DNA of 64,000 nucleotides from Podarcis bocagei (lineage: Eukaryota), in NCBI GenBank assembly GCA_964188305.1, contig OZ076890.1. One strand, given 5' to 3'. The stretch's first letter is position 1. Each line of letters starts with the position of its first letter. The translations under genes and the position numbers were made by a program. The notes under the pieces were generated by a model. It made no database searches and had not been told where the DNA came from. It saw only the letters and a list, made by a program, of their open reading frames with translations. Shown in pieces: positions 35,467 through 48,545 of the stretch.

Positions 35467-35781
35467 AAATACAGAGCTCTCTGTCATGGGTAGATTTTAA
35501 CCCTTATCTCACACAAAAGGGGGTGGACCCTCCCAGCTCTCCCCTGGGAGATTTACAGAGTGGAATTTGAAAGTATTGCTCCTTATATGCCCCTTAATTT
35601 GTAAGCATTGAGCCACTGCATGAAATTAAAGGAGTAATAGATGGTCAATTTAAAATCATGTTCAAACCAAACTCAACTGAATTGTATATGGGCTGTACTA
35701 CTCTGCTATGCCCCCTCCCTAATATGTATTTTCCAGTAATCGTAAATGAATGAATTCAGAAGCATGTTGTAAATAGGTTAC

Positions 35782-35848
35782 CTTTTGCACACGTTATGGT
35801 TCTCTGCAAAACATGCTGCATGGCTGACACTGTCTTTTCACATGCCAC
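35782..35848 (-). CDS. PDXK: PDXK exon 10 (VACEKTVSAMQHVLQRTITCAK)
   Basis: ttgcag acceptor, gtaacc donor, 67 nt. Confidence 0.95.
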
Positions 35849-36868
35849 CTGCAATTGGAAGGAAAATATTTCAGTTTCATTGGCACTTTATTGACTCAGG
35901 CCAGTAGCACTACTGCTTTACTGACACTGAAGACAATTTGTTGGAGCTGTTCTCTTCGAAACATGTGCCCATGGGGAGAAACATTAAATTTAAATGCAAT
36001 TTCACTAGGAATATGCAGGAGAAACCGAGTTGTAGGTAGCAGGCTTTATTTCCAAACAAAGCCTTTGGCACATTATATTCTATTATTTCCCAAAATGAAG
36101 ACAGACTGGTATATAACACAATACAGATATTCTGGGCGTCAGCATTTAATACATACAATATTTTAACATGGTATTCTCTTGCTTTTTCAGAAATTTTGAG
36201 ACAATACTCAGAAAGCTATAGTATGTGCAAACATATATGTGCCTTGTACCAGATCAACCTATCAGTTCATCTACAACCACTCCCACCTCAGTATTGCCTA
36301 TTCTGACTTGTACCAAACTTCCAAAGTGTCAAGCACCAGTATTTTCCAACCCTACTGCCCAAAAACCTTCTACATGGAGAGTATTTTAACTTGTATAATA
36401 ATAATAATAATAATTTATTATTTATACCCCGCCCATCTGGCTGGGCCTCCCCAGCCACTCTGGGCGGCTTCCATAAAAACCAAAAATACAGTAAAATATG
36501 CACCTTTTTGTTTTATTTTGACACTTCATTGCCTCTGTTCAAGCTGATCTTGCAGGTTTCCATAGCCCTTACTCCACCTAGGAACTAGCACCCAGCAGCA
36601 TAACCAGCACTGATGCAGTAGGTAGGTGTATAATTTGACACTGGAAGTGCATGAACCCAACACTATCACATTCTCATACCACTAACCTATGGTTTACTGT
36701 TACATCTGAACAAGGGCATTCATCCTCTATTGCTTTATATGGTCTCGTTTCCTTATCCTGTCGTCTTCATTTACAAATTTACATACTAAGAATTTAAAGT
36801 AAAGAAAAGAGAATATTTTTTCTGTCATTGAGGCAGGAAGGAAAACTGGGGAAAGTGTCTGTCCATAC

Positions 36869-37005
36869 TTTTAGATTGTCTGGGTGCTTGTGGGTCCAGG
36901 CCAAGAGCATGGCAGCAAACAGGTCTCCCGTACCAACGAAGACAGCATCTACTTTAGGAGACTCCATTCGGATCCTCTGTGTCACTGTGGTCCCATCTTG
37001 TGAAG
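36869..37005 (-). CDS. PDXK: PDXK exon 9 ([46 protein letters not shown])
   Basis: Inside ORF 36794..37090; ribokinase-family GTGD motif; gacag acceptor, gtatgg donor, 137 nt. Confidence 0.96.
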
Positions 37006-37552
37006 CTGTCAAGGAAGGCTCATATTTATATTCTTCCCAGTTTAATGTAATCAAACAGGAATCTGAGGTTAACTCATAGGTGGGCAACATAGCAACCTTC
37101 TCCTACATGCGAAGGAAGGCTCTGGCAAATTGAGCAGACAAGGCCAATTGTGGTCCTTTCCTTTGGACCACACCAGCTAGGCAAGAGCGGGGTCTGGTCA
37201 TCCGAGCAGCCCATGTACTCCTTACACACTGGCCAGGCTTGCAGCCCGGGGAGCTCACTTCAGTGCTGTTAATGCAGTGAGCTGACTTCAACCCTGGCGG
37301 CACACTCCATTGTCTCTAGAGATGGATGGATGCCGATGCCAACAACAACCACCACAACAATAACAAGGGTCTGCAAAATGTATTAGTAATATCTCGAAAG
37401 AAAGGTAACTTTGATTTATTTTTACATGTATCTGTATTTATATATGAAACTTAATTTTCAATAAATGTTCTCCTTTATTGTGGGGTGTATTTTTAATGTG
37501 TATGCATATGACAAAGCAGGGCTTTCTCACTTAAACAAATAAATCAACTTAC

Positions 37553-37664
37553 TTTTCCTGTGGCTTCCTAATGCTATCAGGTAATCATCTCCTGAAGGTG
37601 CCTGGAGGTCTGAGCTGGTGATTACAACAGTCTCGGGTCCCATATTGTGTAGCATATCCATTAC
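37553..37664 (-). CDS. PDXK: PDXK exon 8 ([37 protein letters not shown])
   Basis: aag acceptor, gtaagt donor, 112 nt. Confidence 0.94.
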
Positions 37665-37929
37665 CTTTCCATGAACCAAAATATTAAGCAGTTAATTCTC
37701 ATTGAAGAATAATGACAAATAGTTAAAAGTCCCAGCATTTCTCTAAAAGGCAGGCACTAATGTAAAATACAAACTTACAAGTATGTTATATTTAATATTA
37801 TAAAGTTTGTATTAGTGAGAGCCACTATTTTTAATACCCTCCACCTCACGAAAAGCCAAGTTGCTCCAGTAACGCTACTTTTGACAATTTGGGCTCTTAC
37901 AGTGCAATTCCATACATGTCTGCTTAGAA

Positions 37930-38115
37930 CAGGGGTTGTCAACCTGGTCCCTAACGCCCACTAGTGGGCATTTCAGGATTCTAGGTGGGCGGTAGGGGGT
38001 TCTATGGCACAAGCTGAATCCTCCTTCCATCAAGCAGTGGAGAGCAGTAAAGAAATTTTACCATCAAGAAAGATGCAATAGTGCGCAGTAAGTGTAAAAA
38101 GGTTGACTACCCCTG
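37930..38115. mobile_element. hAT-type MITE
   Basis: TIRs CAGGGGTTGTCAACC / GGTTGACTACCCCTG; perfect 8-bp TSD GCTTAGAA. Confidence 0.9.
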
Positions 38116-39870
38116 GCTTAGAAGCAAGTCCCCTTGCTTTCAATAAATCTTATTCCCAATGAAGTTGGTATAAGATTGCTGCATTGGAAATAACTCTTCT
38201 TCACACAGTCCATTTTTGTTTCTAACAAAAAGAAAGGAAAGCAGTCTTCTTTGTCTAGGATAACAAAGTAGGATATCTGCATGGAAAACAAGAAGGCCTG
38301 GGCTTAGTATCCTGTTTGTGCCAAGAGACACAGGGCTGTTGCACAGTGACTACATGTGGGTATACTGCATGTATCAGGTGTGCTCTCCTGCCTCCCAGAG
38401 CCATATTTACCGTGCTAAGATGGGACTAAACAAAATATTTATCAGAACCTTCACAAAACTAGAATTCCCAGGGTTATTTTGGGGAAGCCACTGTAATTAA
38501 ACTAGTCTAAACTTGGCTTTGATTTACTGCATAGGTGGTTCTCAGCTCTTAACTTTGCAGTTGTGGAAACAAAGGCCAAGGTTGTACATGATGTATTGCA
38601 TGTCAGTGTGCCCCTGAAGGTAGCTGGGGCTCACTTTATGAGAATATTTCTAATGCCTGATTCAGCCAGCTCTTTGTTCCAAAACAAGTGTTCAGGTAAT
38701 AAAAAAAAACCCCACCTGTGTTAACTTGAGTGTTGCAGTATAATTGAGATGGGATTGTGTTTTAATGAGATGGCATTGTAACCACATTGTTTTATGCCTG
38801 GCTGAAACTTTATTATGTTTAAAGAGATATTTTTTCCCTTTCAGAATGGGACTGAGCAAGCAGACAGAAAATTCTTCAGTAAAGATTTTGGAATGTGACT
38901 AGAAAATCTATAGACCTAAAGTTAGCATCTTATTAACTTGTCAGGCAGTCCAGAGACTACTTAACTTGGGCTTGCTTCCATTAATGAGACTGAAAATGGC
39001 AAACAAAGCATTATAATTAGCAATGAAAGACAGGAAGGGTATTCCCTGGTGACTCCAGAAGCATTAAAAAAAAAGGAGAATAAGGATAAAAATAGCCGTA
39101 ATAGTCAGGAGATGCTTTCTGATGCAGGGAAAAGTGTAATCTGTGGGCTGACATTCAATTGGCTTTGCTGGGAGAAAAACTGCAAAGATCAGGGGCCTGT
39201 TTATTCTTGGCATCAGGATATTTGTCTAGACAGAACCTAATTAGCGAAACTTAACATCAGAGGACTTTACTTACAGGAATCAATAGCATTCAGTAGATTG
39301 CTGGAATATCTACGCTTCAGTACCCAATTATCCCATTTAAAGACAGGGTGTGTTTACCAGAAATTTAAGACTACAATCCAGTTGTAAATTATATCTATAG
39401 GACTTCCATAGCTATATCAGTGCAGAACTGTGTCATGAAAACACATTCGTGACCATAACTATTAGCACAGTTGCTCCCAAACATTTTCCCCCTCCACAGA
39501 CCACTGGAAAATTGCCAAGGGTTTTGGAGGATCACTTATGGGTTGTTGTTTTTTCTGCTTCTTGTAGCACTTGTAATGTGCTGTGCTACAGATGCTGTAT
39601 GATTTTTGATTACATCTCTAGTGCGTCTTTTATTTCTTATATATCACATGTTATGTGAATTCCATAGGCTTCAAATTGCAATACAATACAAGAAATAAAA
39701 GCATCAATAAAAATACAATTAAAAATCAATATGAATATTTACTATGTGGGATGTACCACCTGCCTTCTTCAAATCCACACATATGCTGCAGACTAAACAC
39801 TGTGGCTTTAAGTGTGGTTGAGTCCCAGTTTGCAAAAAAACAACAAACCTATGGTTATGTGAAACATATT

Positions 39871-40285
39871 CAATAAACACACAAGACGTAACTGGCTGTA
39901 CTTTTGAATAAATGAGGTATACTATTCATTGTATCAAATGTAGATTTCAACAGAAGTAGCTCATAAAGTTCAACGGAAAAAGCAGAGGACCCAGTGGATC
40001 AGTTCATTCTGTAATCAGTTCATGCATAAGGTCCATATGTGTATAAGTGTCTATTCCACCTGTCTGTTCTTGAAGTTCAACAATCCACATGAAAGGTTGT
40101 TACAGTTCCACAGAATCCTTTCACAGAGTCTAAGTCCTGAAGCCCAGGATGGCGAAACAGGGCTAATATCCTGCTTTTCCCGTTGAACTTTATGAGCTAC
40201 TTCTGTTGAAATCTACATTTGATACAATGAATAGTATACCTTATTTATTCAAAAGTACAGCCGGTTATGTCTTGTGTGTTTATTG
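39871..40285. mobile_element. Penelope-like retroelement fragment with 115-bp inverted arms
   Basis: 39871-39985 is the reverse complement of 40171-40285 (4 mismatches); spacer holds hammerhead-like CTGAAG..GGCGAAAC; nested in an older hAT-like element (~39469-40309). Confidence 0.6.
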
Positions 40286-41418
40286 CAGACCACCGTTTAG
40301 CAACCCTTGATCTAACACATAATTATCACAGCAGTAACAGTTACTACACTCTAACAATAGTTCTATCTCAAAACACAATTATTCCGATTTATCTTTTTAT
40401 ACAGCACACTTTTCAAATGTGCAGAGATACTCCACAATTGCCACTTTAGTTTAGCATCACAGTTTTCTGTGCCCGTTAACTGACTCTGCCCGGCCTGGAT
40501 GCCAGCCTGGCTCTTTCTTCTGTCATCATGAATCAAAGCCTAAAGGAACAGCTCGCCATGCACCCAGAGTACACTGACAAAACTATCTTCTCTTCTCTTA
40601 TTAACAATAGGGGGGAACTACCAAGAGCAAGAACTCAGGGCTCCTTCCATACCACTTACTGAATGCCACATGAGACCCTGGTTTGCTGGCAACAGAAGCT
40701 GTTCCGCTTATTATTTTTCTTGTGGCTGATGGTTAAATTAAAGGGGGCTTCTTTGTGGGTCACCATGAATTTGTTTTGGAAATAAAGTAGTGCCAGGAGC
40801 TAAGATGTGGAATCAGGAGACTTGAACAAAGACATAATTGCACTAAAAGATCTTCTTAGTGAAGTGTCTTAATCAACCTTATGGTCAGGATTGCCATATT
40901 TCAAAAAGTGGAAACCCAGACAATTTATGAAAATTCAGTCTGGACGCCATTTTCAACAGGCAAACCCCAGATATGTCCAGGAAATTATGGACATATGGCA
41001 GCCCTAGGTAAAGTGGAATATGCTTATGCTCATTTCCTACTATTGTTGTCACAGCACCAGCATGTAAGCACCAGGGGGCAGTACTGCAAAGTAAAGCAAT
41101 GCTGAAAGTCAGTTTTGAATTGCAAGTGTTGTTTTCTCCAGTGTTGAGTTCATTTCTCCGTGATTTTTTCAAAACCAAAAAAAAGTTGCTCCATGTGCAG
41201 AGTAAAGCACTGAATCATTAACATTTTTACAACGACAAAGTTAATCCTAAACACTGTGGCTTTAAGTATGGTTGAGTCCCAGTTGATACTTTAAAACAGT
41301 TGTGGGCAACCTGCAACCCTTGGGCCCAGTTTCAAAAACCATGTGCAAGTGATGAGGTTAATTCTTGGGCATAGTGTGCCATAGTTTGCTTCTTTCTCGG
41401 TCATTTTGCAGCTGCCTT

Positions 41419-41612
41419 TTGCTGAGCTAAACCATAGTCTGTCTTAGTGTGTCATCTGAACTTGGACTTGTGGCTTATTTCTCCTGGTCAAACCACAAGT
41501 TGCAAGCCATGGGCCAAACTTTGGTTACCCACTTGTGGTTTGTTTGGAGAGAGCTAAACTACGAGCCTGGATTCAGACAACATGCTAAGCCAAACCACAG
41601 CTTAGCTCAGCA
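41419..41612. repeat. Imperfect fold-back (MITE-like) repeat
   Basis: TGCTGAGCTAAACCA..TCTGAA versus TTCAGA..GCTTAGCTCAGCA. Confidence 0.6.
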
Positions 41613-42142
41613 AAGTGCATCATCACCATGACCAGGAAGGAGCAAAGCAGCTCCAATCTGCTCTCCAGGAGTGAACAAATTTGCTTTCTTGCACTAAGCC
41701 ATGGCTTTGCTTAACATGGTTTGTGAATGGGGGCAGAGAAAAAAGGTGGTCTTGCCCACTTTTGGCTCCGGTCCCACCTACACCTGTCATGCAGCCACCC
41801 CACAAATTACCCCTGAATACAAAAAAAGTTGCCCACTTCTGTTTTAAAAGTTCTTACGTGCTACTAACCTGTGGTAAATGCATGGAAGCAGACCGACTGC
41901 ACTAAGTGTACAAATGTCTACAAGCAGTCACAACAACCCTTTTTTGAGCAGTCACAATCACACAGCAATGGTAAGGGCTACAACAACTGTCACATGGAGG
42001 CACCACTCCATACACTTGACATCTCTGTGTGATTTCTACAAGTCTACCAACAGCACCATATTCGACCCACAAGCGATTACATGGAGGTGTTAAAAAGTTT
42101 TCACGGGGGCAGTTAGAAATCGAAGAGTTCAAGTACACCTAC

Positions 42143-42188
42143 CTCTATAGCCTCTTTTTCAGTGTGTATCTTCCTCCCGGTAAGTAAC
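42143..42188 (-). CDS. PDXK: PDXK exon 7 (LLTGRKIHTEKEAIE)
   Basis: ttgtag acceptor, gtaggt donor, 46 nt. Confidence 0.93.
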
Positions 42189-43251
42189 CTACAAAGCAGG
42201 AAATAACAGTCCAGTGTCCTTTTAAAATAAGTATCTTTTGCTAATTAATATTTTAGCAATAAAATCTATAGTGCACTTTACTGCGGAATATCATCCTCCA
42301 ACTTTAAATGAGATAAAACTAATAAACGCCACATTGCACAAAGATTCAAACAGTTTCCCATCAAACTGGTCCTCAAAAACAAGAGACATGGTATAACAAG
42401 CCCCTATGTTGTATCCTTTGTCTCTGACATAGTATTACGGAAGCTCAAGAGTCTAGGAAGTAGGGAACTTTTAAGGAAGGTTCTAACAACCTTCTGAGCT
42501 ACTATAAAACCCGAAGTATAATTCTGGCCTCTTTCTTCACCAGCTGAGGCTCATTCTTTAACCTATTTCTCATTCTTTAATCTATTTCTGTGTCATGTTT
42601 TATACAGTTCTGTGAATTTATGGGCTGCCTTGGTTCAACAGATAGAGAAAAGTTTGCATAGAGTTCCCTTTTGCACTGTTATCATAACATAGTTCATTTA
42701 ATTTATTTCAGGTATTTTAGCTGCTTTTTCTGACACAGGGGTACTCGAAGGAGAGTTCAAGGCAAGAAGGTATAATTAATAATTCAAATTTATAACAAAA
42801 GTTATAAATTTATATTTCTAAAAGTCTTCTTACTATCTTTGGCAAAGGCCTTCTAATCAAAAGACTCTGAATGTTGTCTTACTAAGGTGTTATTCAGTGT
42901 GATAAATGTATAAGTTTGCCTTCACACTAACAAATACAAGAAGTTAATCTATGTTGCTCATCAACCCTTGGCATCTTCTAATCCTCTCAGCTAACAGACC
43001 CTGTAAAATAATAGGCTCAAACAGCATATGTACTCCATGTTGTTTAAACAATCCCAGCCAAACTAATTTAGCAAACTTACCAAAATTTAGATTTGTGAGG
43101 ACGTGATTTTATATATGGCAAGAAATGTCAAGAATGCATTTAATATTAATTTTAATTAATTGCAAAATGCAACTTTTCATTTTAATCAGGAAAATAATGA
43201 AAACAATTTATTTCTACATCTTTAAAAATATATGAGAAAAACAATACTTAC

Positions 43252-43337
43252 TCAGCCTCAAACTGATTAGGTGTTATTATATCTGCTACAGGCACAACCT
43301 TGTCCTTATAAACTGGAAGAAGATCCTTTGGAACATA
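43252..43337 (-). CDS. PDXK: PDXK exon 6 ([29 protein letters not shown])
   Basis: tacag acceptor, gtaagt donor, 86 nt. Confidence 0.95.
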
Positions 43338-43674
43338 CTGTAAAGAATAAGAAAAATGATATTGGCTTTGGAAAGCTTAAGCAGATTCTTCATTATTCAC
43401 AGTTTATTCTAACAAAGTTCAAATCCTCCAAAAACAAATCCATGAATGAGCAGTTATTTTCTCAGCTCAATCCAGAAATTGATAAGCACACTGGTAGGAA
43501 GAGATTCACAACTATTACTGCACTTGAAGATTTCATATGAGGGAGTGCTCAAAATTTGCTACATGCTGGCATCTACATAAAAATACTGACAATCCCCAGA
43601 GGAATACTGTGAATGCCCCAATGTGTGTGTATATGTGTGTGTGATTGTCAACATTTGCACATGAGTGTCAATAG

Positions 43675-43810
43675 CAGGCATAGGCAAACTCAGCCCTCCA
43701 AATGTTTAGGGACTACAACTCCCATCACCCCTAGCTAACAGGACCAATGGTCAGGGATGATGGGAATTGTAGTCCCAAAACATCTGGAGGGCCGAATTTG
43801 CCTATGCCTG
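43675..43810. mobile_element. Palindromic hAT-type MITE
   Basis: Same family as 569-704; perfect 8-bp TSD GTCAATAG. Confidence 0.92.
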
Positions 43811-44143
43811 GTCAATAGTAACAAAATTCTACACACAGTTCCAGCAAATTCTGCTATTCTGCTGCAGCAGAATGAAAGGCTGCTGTGGCGTGGGGGAGGG
43901 GGGGCGCGGAATCACCTATTATTTTTTTTAGACAAGCTGCTTTCCGTAAATGGCTTTCCATACAGAGTAGCCACCATGCAGTTGCACTTCAAGCAGCCAG
44001 CACACCACACATTCCACACATGCAGACAGAGTTTTCGTTCCCTGTTATACTGGTCCAGTCTGTATCTATGTCCTGAAGAAATGGGGTTTCTTTTGGTATA
44101 ACGTTATTCATTAAGATGGGCCAAGAGTGAGATGATTACCAAC

Positions 44144-44190
44144 CATATAGCCTTCCCCACTCCACTTGTCACCCATCACAGGATCGCATA
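44144..44190 (-). CDS. PDXK: PDXK exon 5 (VCDPVMGDKWSGEGYM)
   Basis: tttcag acceptor, gttggt donor, 47 nt, DPVxGD motif. Confidence 0.95.
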
Positions 44191-44984
44191 CTGAAAGAGA
44201 AAGTTAAAATTGTTAATGCAGATGCAATAATGCCACCGTATAAGAACACATTTAAGTATGAAGAGCCAAGAGATCATAACCATGCCAGGCTCATTGAAAA
44301 CCTCCATGGTAGTTACAATAAACTGTTTTGATCTTTGCTAAAACACACACACACAAAAACTTTGTACAGGATCCATAAAAGGATAGAAGGATTATAGGCT
44401 GTGAATCTGTCACTCATACATAGAGGGACCAAATGGTCAGGCAGCAGCAACTTGAACAGGCCCTCTTAGAACAGTTTGAAAGCGATGTTAACCTATATTG
44501 ATTCTAGCAAACAAAGTCTTGTCTCATAGCTCCAGGATATCAGGCAAGACTTAAACAGCTAATGTAACGAAAGTTATTCAGTGACCTTTGAATCTGAATT
44601 CTCTCTAGCGAATGCTCCAGTACTCAGTTGCCTCTTTGAAATCAGAGCAGCTAAGTCAAGGCAGCAAGTTCCACTATAACATCAGAGGAGATCAGTCTCT
44701 TGTTGCCAGACAAAACACCCATGAGCTGTGAACTTGCTAATGCCCTTTTACTGTCACTACAGCGCTGCTAAGAGATTTCTCTGGTGTCCCAGCTGGTGAC
44801 ATCAAAACTAATTTACTCACAATAAATATCATGATCTATTTTTTATATACTATCAATGCCATAACCACTTTTGCCTTCCCTGAGCCTTTAGAGTTATGTT
44901 CAGGAGGGCCACCAATATCTTCCGTCTGTGAGATCTCCCTAACTACATAATGTAAAGTGAATAATTTGTATATTAGAAACTTAC

Positions 44985-45068
44985 CATATACCAAATTGGA
45001 GTTCTGTTGTTTTAGCTCTTGAACAATATCAACCACCATTGCAAGGAATGATTTGTCTCTTGTGTAGC
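44985..45068 (-). CDS. PDXK: PDXK exon 4 ([28 protein letters not shown])
   Basis: Inside ORF 44836..45123; aag acceptor, gtaagt donor, 84 nt. Confidence 0.95.
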
Positions 45069-45644
45069 CTTTGAAGGGATAAGAGGGGAAATTAAGATTA
45101 TGTTGGGAAAGTATTTTCCACACCCAATTTCTGTTCAGTGGCAGCAGCTCTATGAATTGGCCAGTACTGTAGTTGTCACTTCTATAAATTGGGGTGAGTT
45201 TGCTATATTAGAGTTTATCTGCCTGGACGTGCGGAAGGACTCTTAAGCCAATCTTTTTTCATAGGTCTAAGAGATCAATGCAAAACACAAACCCAGAAAC
45301 CACTATAAGCTTCCAAGCAGTTTTTCTGCTAACAAAATCATTCTCTTCCCTTGAGGAAAGACAACCAAATTTTCTGTCCAGGATGCAGATTGGCTGTAGT
45401 GGTTTTTAATTTCCTCCATGTGTGACTCAGTCACCACAAATTGAAGTGCCACAGGTCACATTTTGATCTTCATTTAGTTTTTCAGCTTTGCTAGTTCAAG
45501 TGCAGAGGATGGTAAATGTTATAAATGTATTCTTTATCAAGGGTAGAGCTACCCTACTTTTGCAAACACACACACGTCAAATGGAACCCTCCCAACTTCT
45601 CCCCCCACAACCCCTCCATAAACCAGAGTGAGCTGAAGGGAGTA

Positions 45645-46085
45645 ATCACAGAAATGTAGAGTTGGAATGGACCCGAAGGATCATCTAGTCCAATCCCCTG
45701 CAATGCAAGAATCACAGCTAAAAAAATCCCTGACAGATGACCATTCAAGCTCTGCTCAAAACCTCCAAGGAAAGAGAGTGCACCACCTATCTGTTCCACA
45801 GTTGAACAGCTTTTACTGCCAGAAAGTTCCTCCTAATGCTTAGTTGGAATCTCCTTTCTTGTAATATGAATCCATTGGTTTGAGTTCTACCCTCTGGAGA
45901 AGCAGAAAACAAGCTTCCTTCATCTTCCATGTGACAGCCCTTCAGATATTTGAAGATGGCTATCATATCTCCTCTCAGTCTACTCTGCTCCAGGCTAAAC
46001 ATGTCCAACTCCCTCAACTGTCCCTTATATGGCTTAGCTTCCAGACCTTTTATTATCTCGGTCATCCTCCTCTGCACACATTCCA
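45645..46085 (-). mobile_element. CR1 LINE 3' fragment
   Basis: ORF 45787..46164: LECVQRR..FSLEQSRLRGDMIAIFKYLKG. Confidence 0.85.
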
Positions 46086-48545
46086 GCCAGAACCTTACAT
46101 TTTTCCTACTGAAATATATTTTGTTAGTTTTGGCTAAGTTCTCCCATCTGCAAGCTGCAGCCACTCAAATCAAGCACCCACCCATAAGGGGCTTGTTGTG
46201 AGGCAAAGTGAATGGCACCTCAGAAACCCTGAATGAATACATAAATTTACTGTATAAGATGGCCGTGACTAGAATAGATGGTTTGCTATTCTGCAAAACC
46301 AAATGAAGCAAGAACTCCCCAGCCCCCACCTCTGCTCTTCAACACTGTTGAGTTCTAGCGGGTAATTCAGATGAAATTCAGAGCAAACTTTGCCCTGCCT
46401 ATATAGGAGTGACCCTTATACATTTTACTCAAGTTATTCATTAGTTTTGCAAGATTACTTTAGTGAATAATTTACATGTCTAGTCATCATTCCTTAGAGA
46501 GTTGAGAAATATGGCCTAAGTTATATCCATGCCATACATTTAAAGCACTCTTACACCACTTCATGGAGAATCCTGAAAATTGTAGTTTGTTGAGGGTGCT
46601 GGGAATGGTAGCTCTGTGAGGTCATAGCCCTTAACATACCAGAGCTCCCGGAATTCTTTGCGAGGAGCTATGCCTGTTAAAGTGGTGCAAATGTATGGTG
46701 TGGCAGTGACCTTAGTCTTAGGTCTAAACAAGACATAACAAGAGACACTAGGGAGACCTGAGACAAAATGTATTGTGAGGGACAAGGGGCAGCTGCTGCT
46801 CTGTATGCTTTCAAACAACATATAGTACCAAAAAATAATAATAATAATAATTCCAGTATGATGTCACCACACTCTGAAACTCCCCATTCTCATCCCCTAC
46901 CAGCCAATTATGTGAGACTGTGGCAAGGAGAAGGCCCGTGTGATAACATCACATGCCGCTGTTTTAATAGGCGTTATAAAGCAAAGAGGACATAAACAGC
47001 AGCAACGCCATATCCCTTACAACAGTGACTTTAGTTCTTTAGTTCTTTAGTCACAATGTGTGATACTGAAAGTAGAGACCAAAGTCGCCACATGCAGTAG
47101 AAGCTGCTAAAAAAAATTATTTAGCAAGCTTGCCTGAACATGTAAACAAAGTTGCAGATAACTGCATTTAAATTTTGATTATTTTATTTGTATATTGTTT
47201 ACAGCTGCTTTATGCATGCTGCTTAGAGATTCTATGATTAAATAGTTTATATATTTGTCGATCTAAATAGATAAATAAATAAATTGTATCGTTCCTAGAT
47301 ATTAGACTAGCAATCCAAACTGGGTTCATTGGAATGTGTCTGTGTAGGGTGCCGCATCCTGGGCCAATATTTTCAGAAAATTTTTATTGTTCTCTCTTCC
47401 CAAACAGGGCCAAGACAATGAGCAAAAATAAAGATTAAAATTAGAGTTTTAACCTCTATACCCAGCAAGCACAATATATTAGCCAATGAATGTCTGAAAT
47501 GTGATTTGTTTCACTGGTGCCATACTCTCTTTCATCAAAGCTTCTTTTTCCCACTTACACACAACTCCCTGAAAATATAGTTCCTCACAACTTACACTTT
47601 CCTGAAAAGCTCTGAATATGGACACAGAGTAATACCTTAAAAATCAACTTTAAATGATATAGACTTTCCAGTCTTGGAATTACCTCAATTATTTCAAACT
47701 ATACTTTGAAAAAAGCAACCCTGAGCCCAGATAGAAGCAGGATAAGAAATAAAATAAAAATAAGCAATAGTGCAGGTAGAAAAATAGTTTAGCTGGCCAG
47801 CTGTGGTTGGTAAAAGAAAGCAATTCTGTGAAGCTATTCTGTCATTTTGCACATTAAGATTTTCCTCAGGGGGGAAATTAAAAAGGTCTTCAAAACAAAT
47901 GGAATCTGTTTATGCTGAAAATTCATTGCCACATCAGTGCAATCTCATTCACTTTGTTATTAAATATCTCCTTTACCTCCAAGATCTCCATGGAAACCAG
48001 AGCAGGGGGAAATAAACTGTCAGTTGTGCAATACCCTTCATGGCAGAGTAGCCTTTATGGGCGATAATTCTGGACCTGTATCATTAAATTTCTCCGTTAT
48101 CCCCGGCTTTGAAACCACCTCCCTTCTTGAGGAAGTTATATAAATCAATATGGCAATCAATTTCATCTAGCAAGTTTATAACAAGCCTATTCACTGCAGT
48201 AAGGAATACAGAAAATGAAATTAAAAACATATGCACTGTATGCATTGAGGTGAAACTATGTTATTAATAATAATCTGCAGAAATGTGAGCGAGGGTATTT
48301 TGCAGGATGCAAAGCTTTATATTACAAGCTTCCTGCTGAGGTTGCCTTTTAAAAACGCTTCTCCTAGAGAGGTAATGGAGACATAACACTGAGTTATCTC
48401 TTAACCACGTTTAAGAGATTGAGAGAAGGCCACCTAGGACCCCGTTTGCCTTAACAACAGCTATGGAATCATTTTACCCTCAGCCTACGTATTTCAGGTT
48501 TTTTAGTCGCCATGATAACACTCTCGCAAAAATTAAGAAGCTTAC

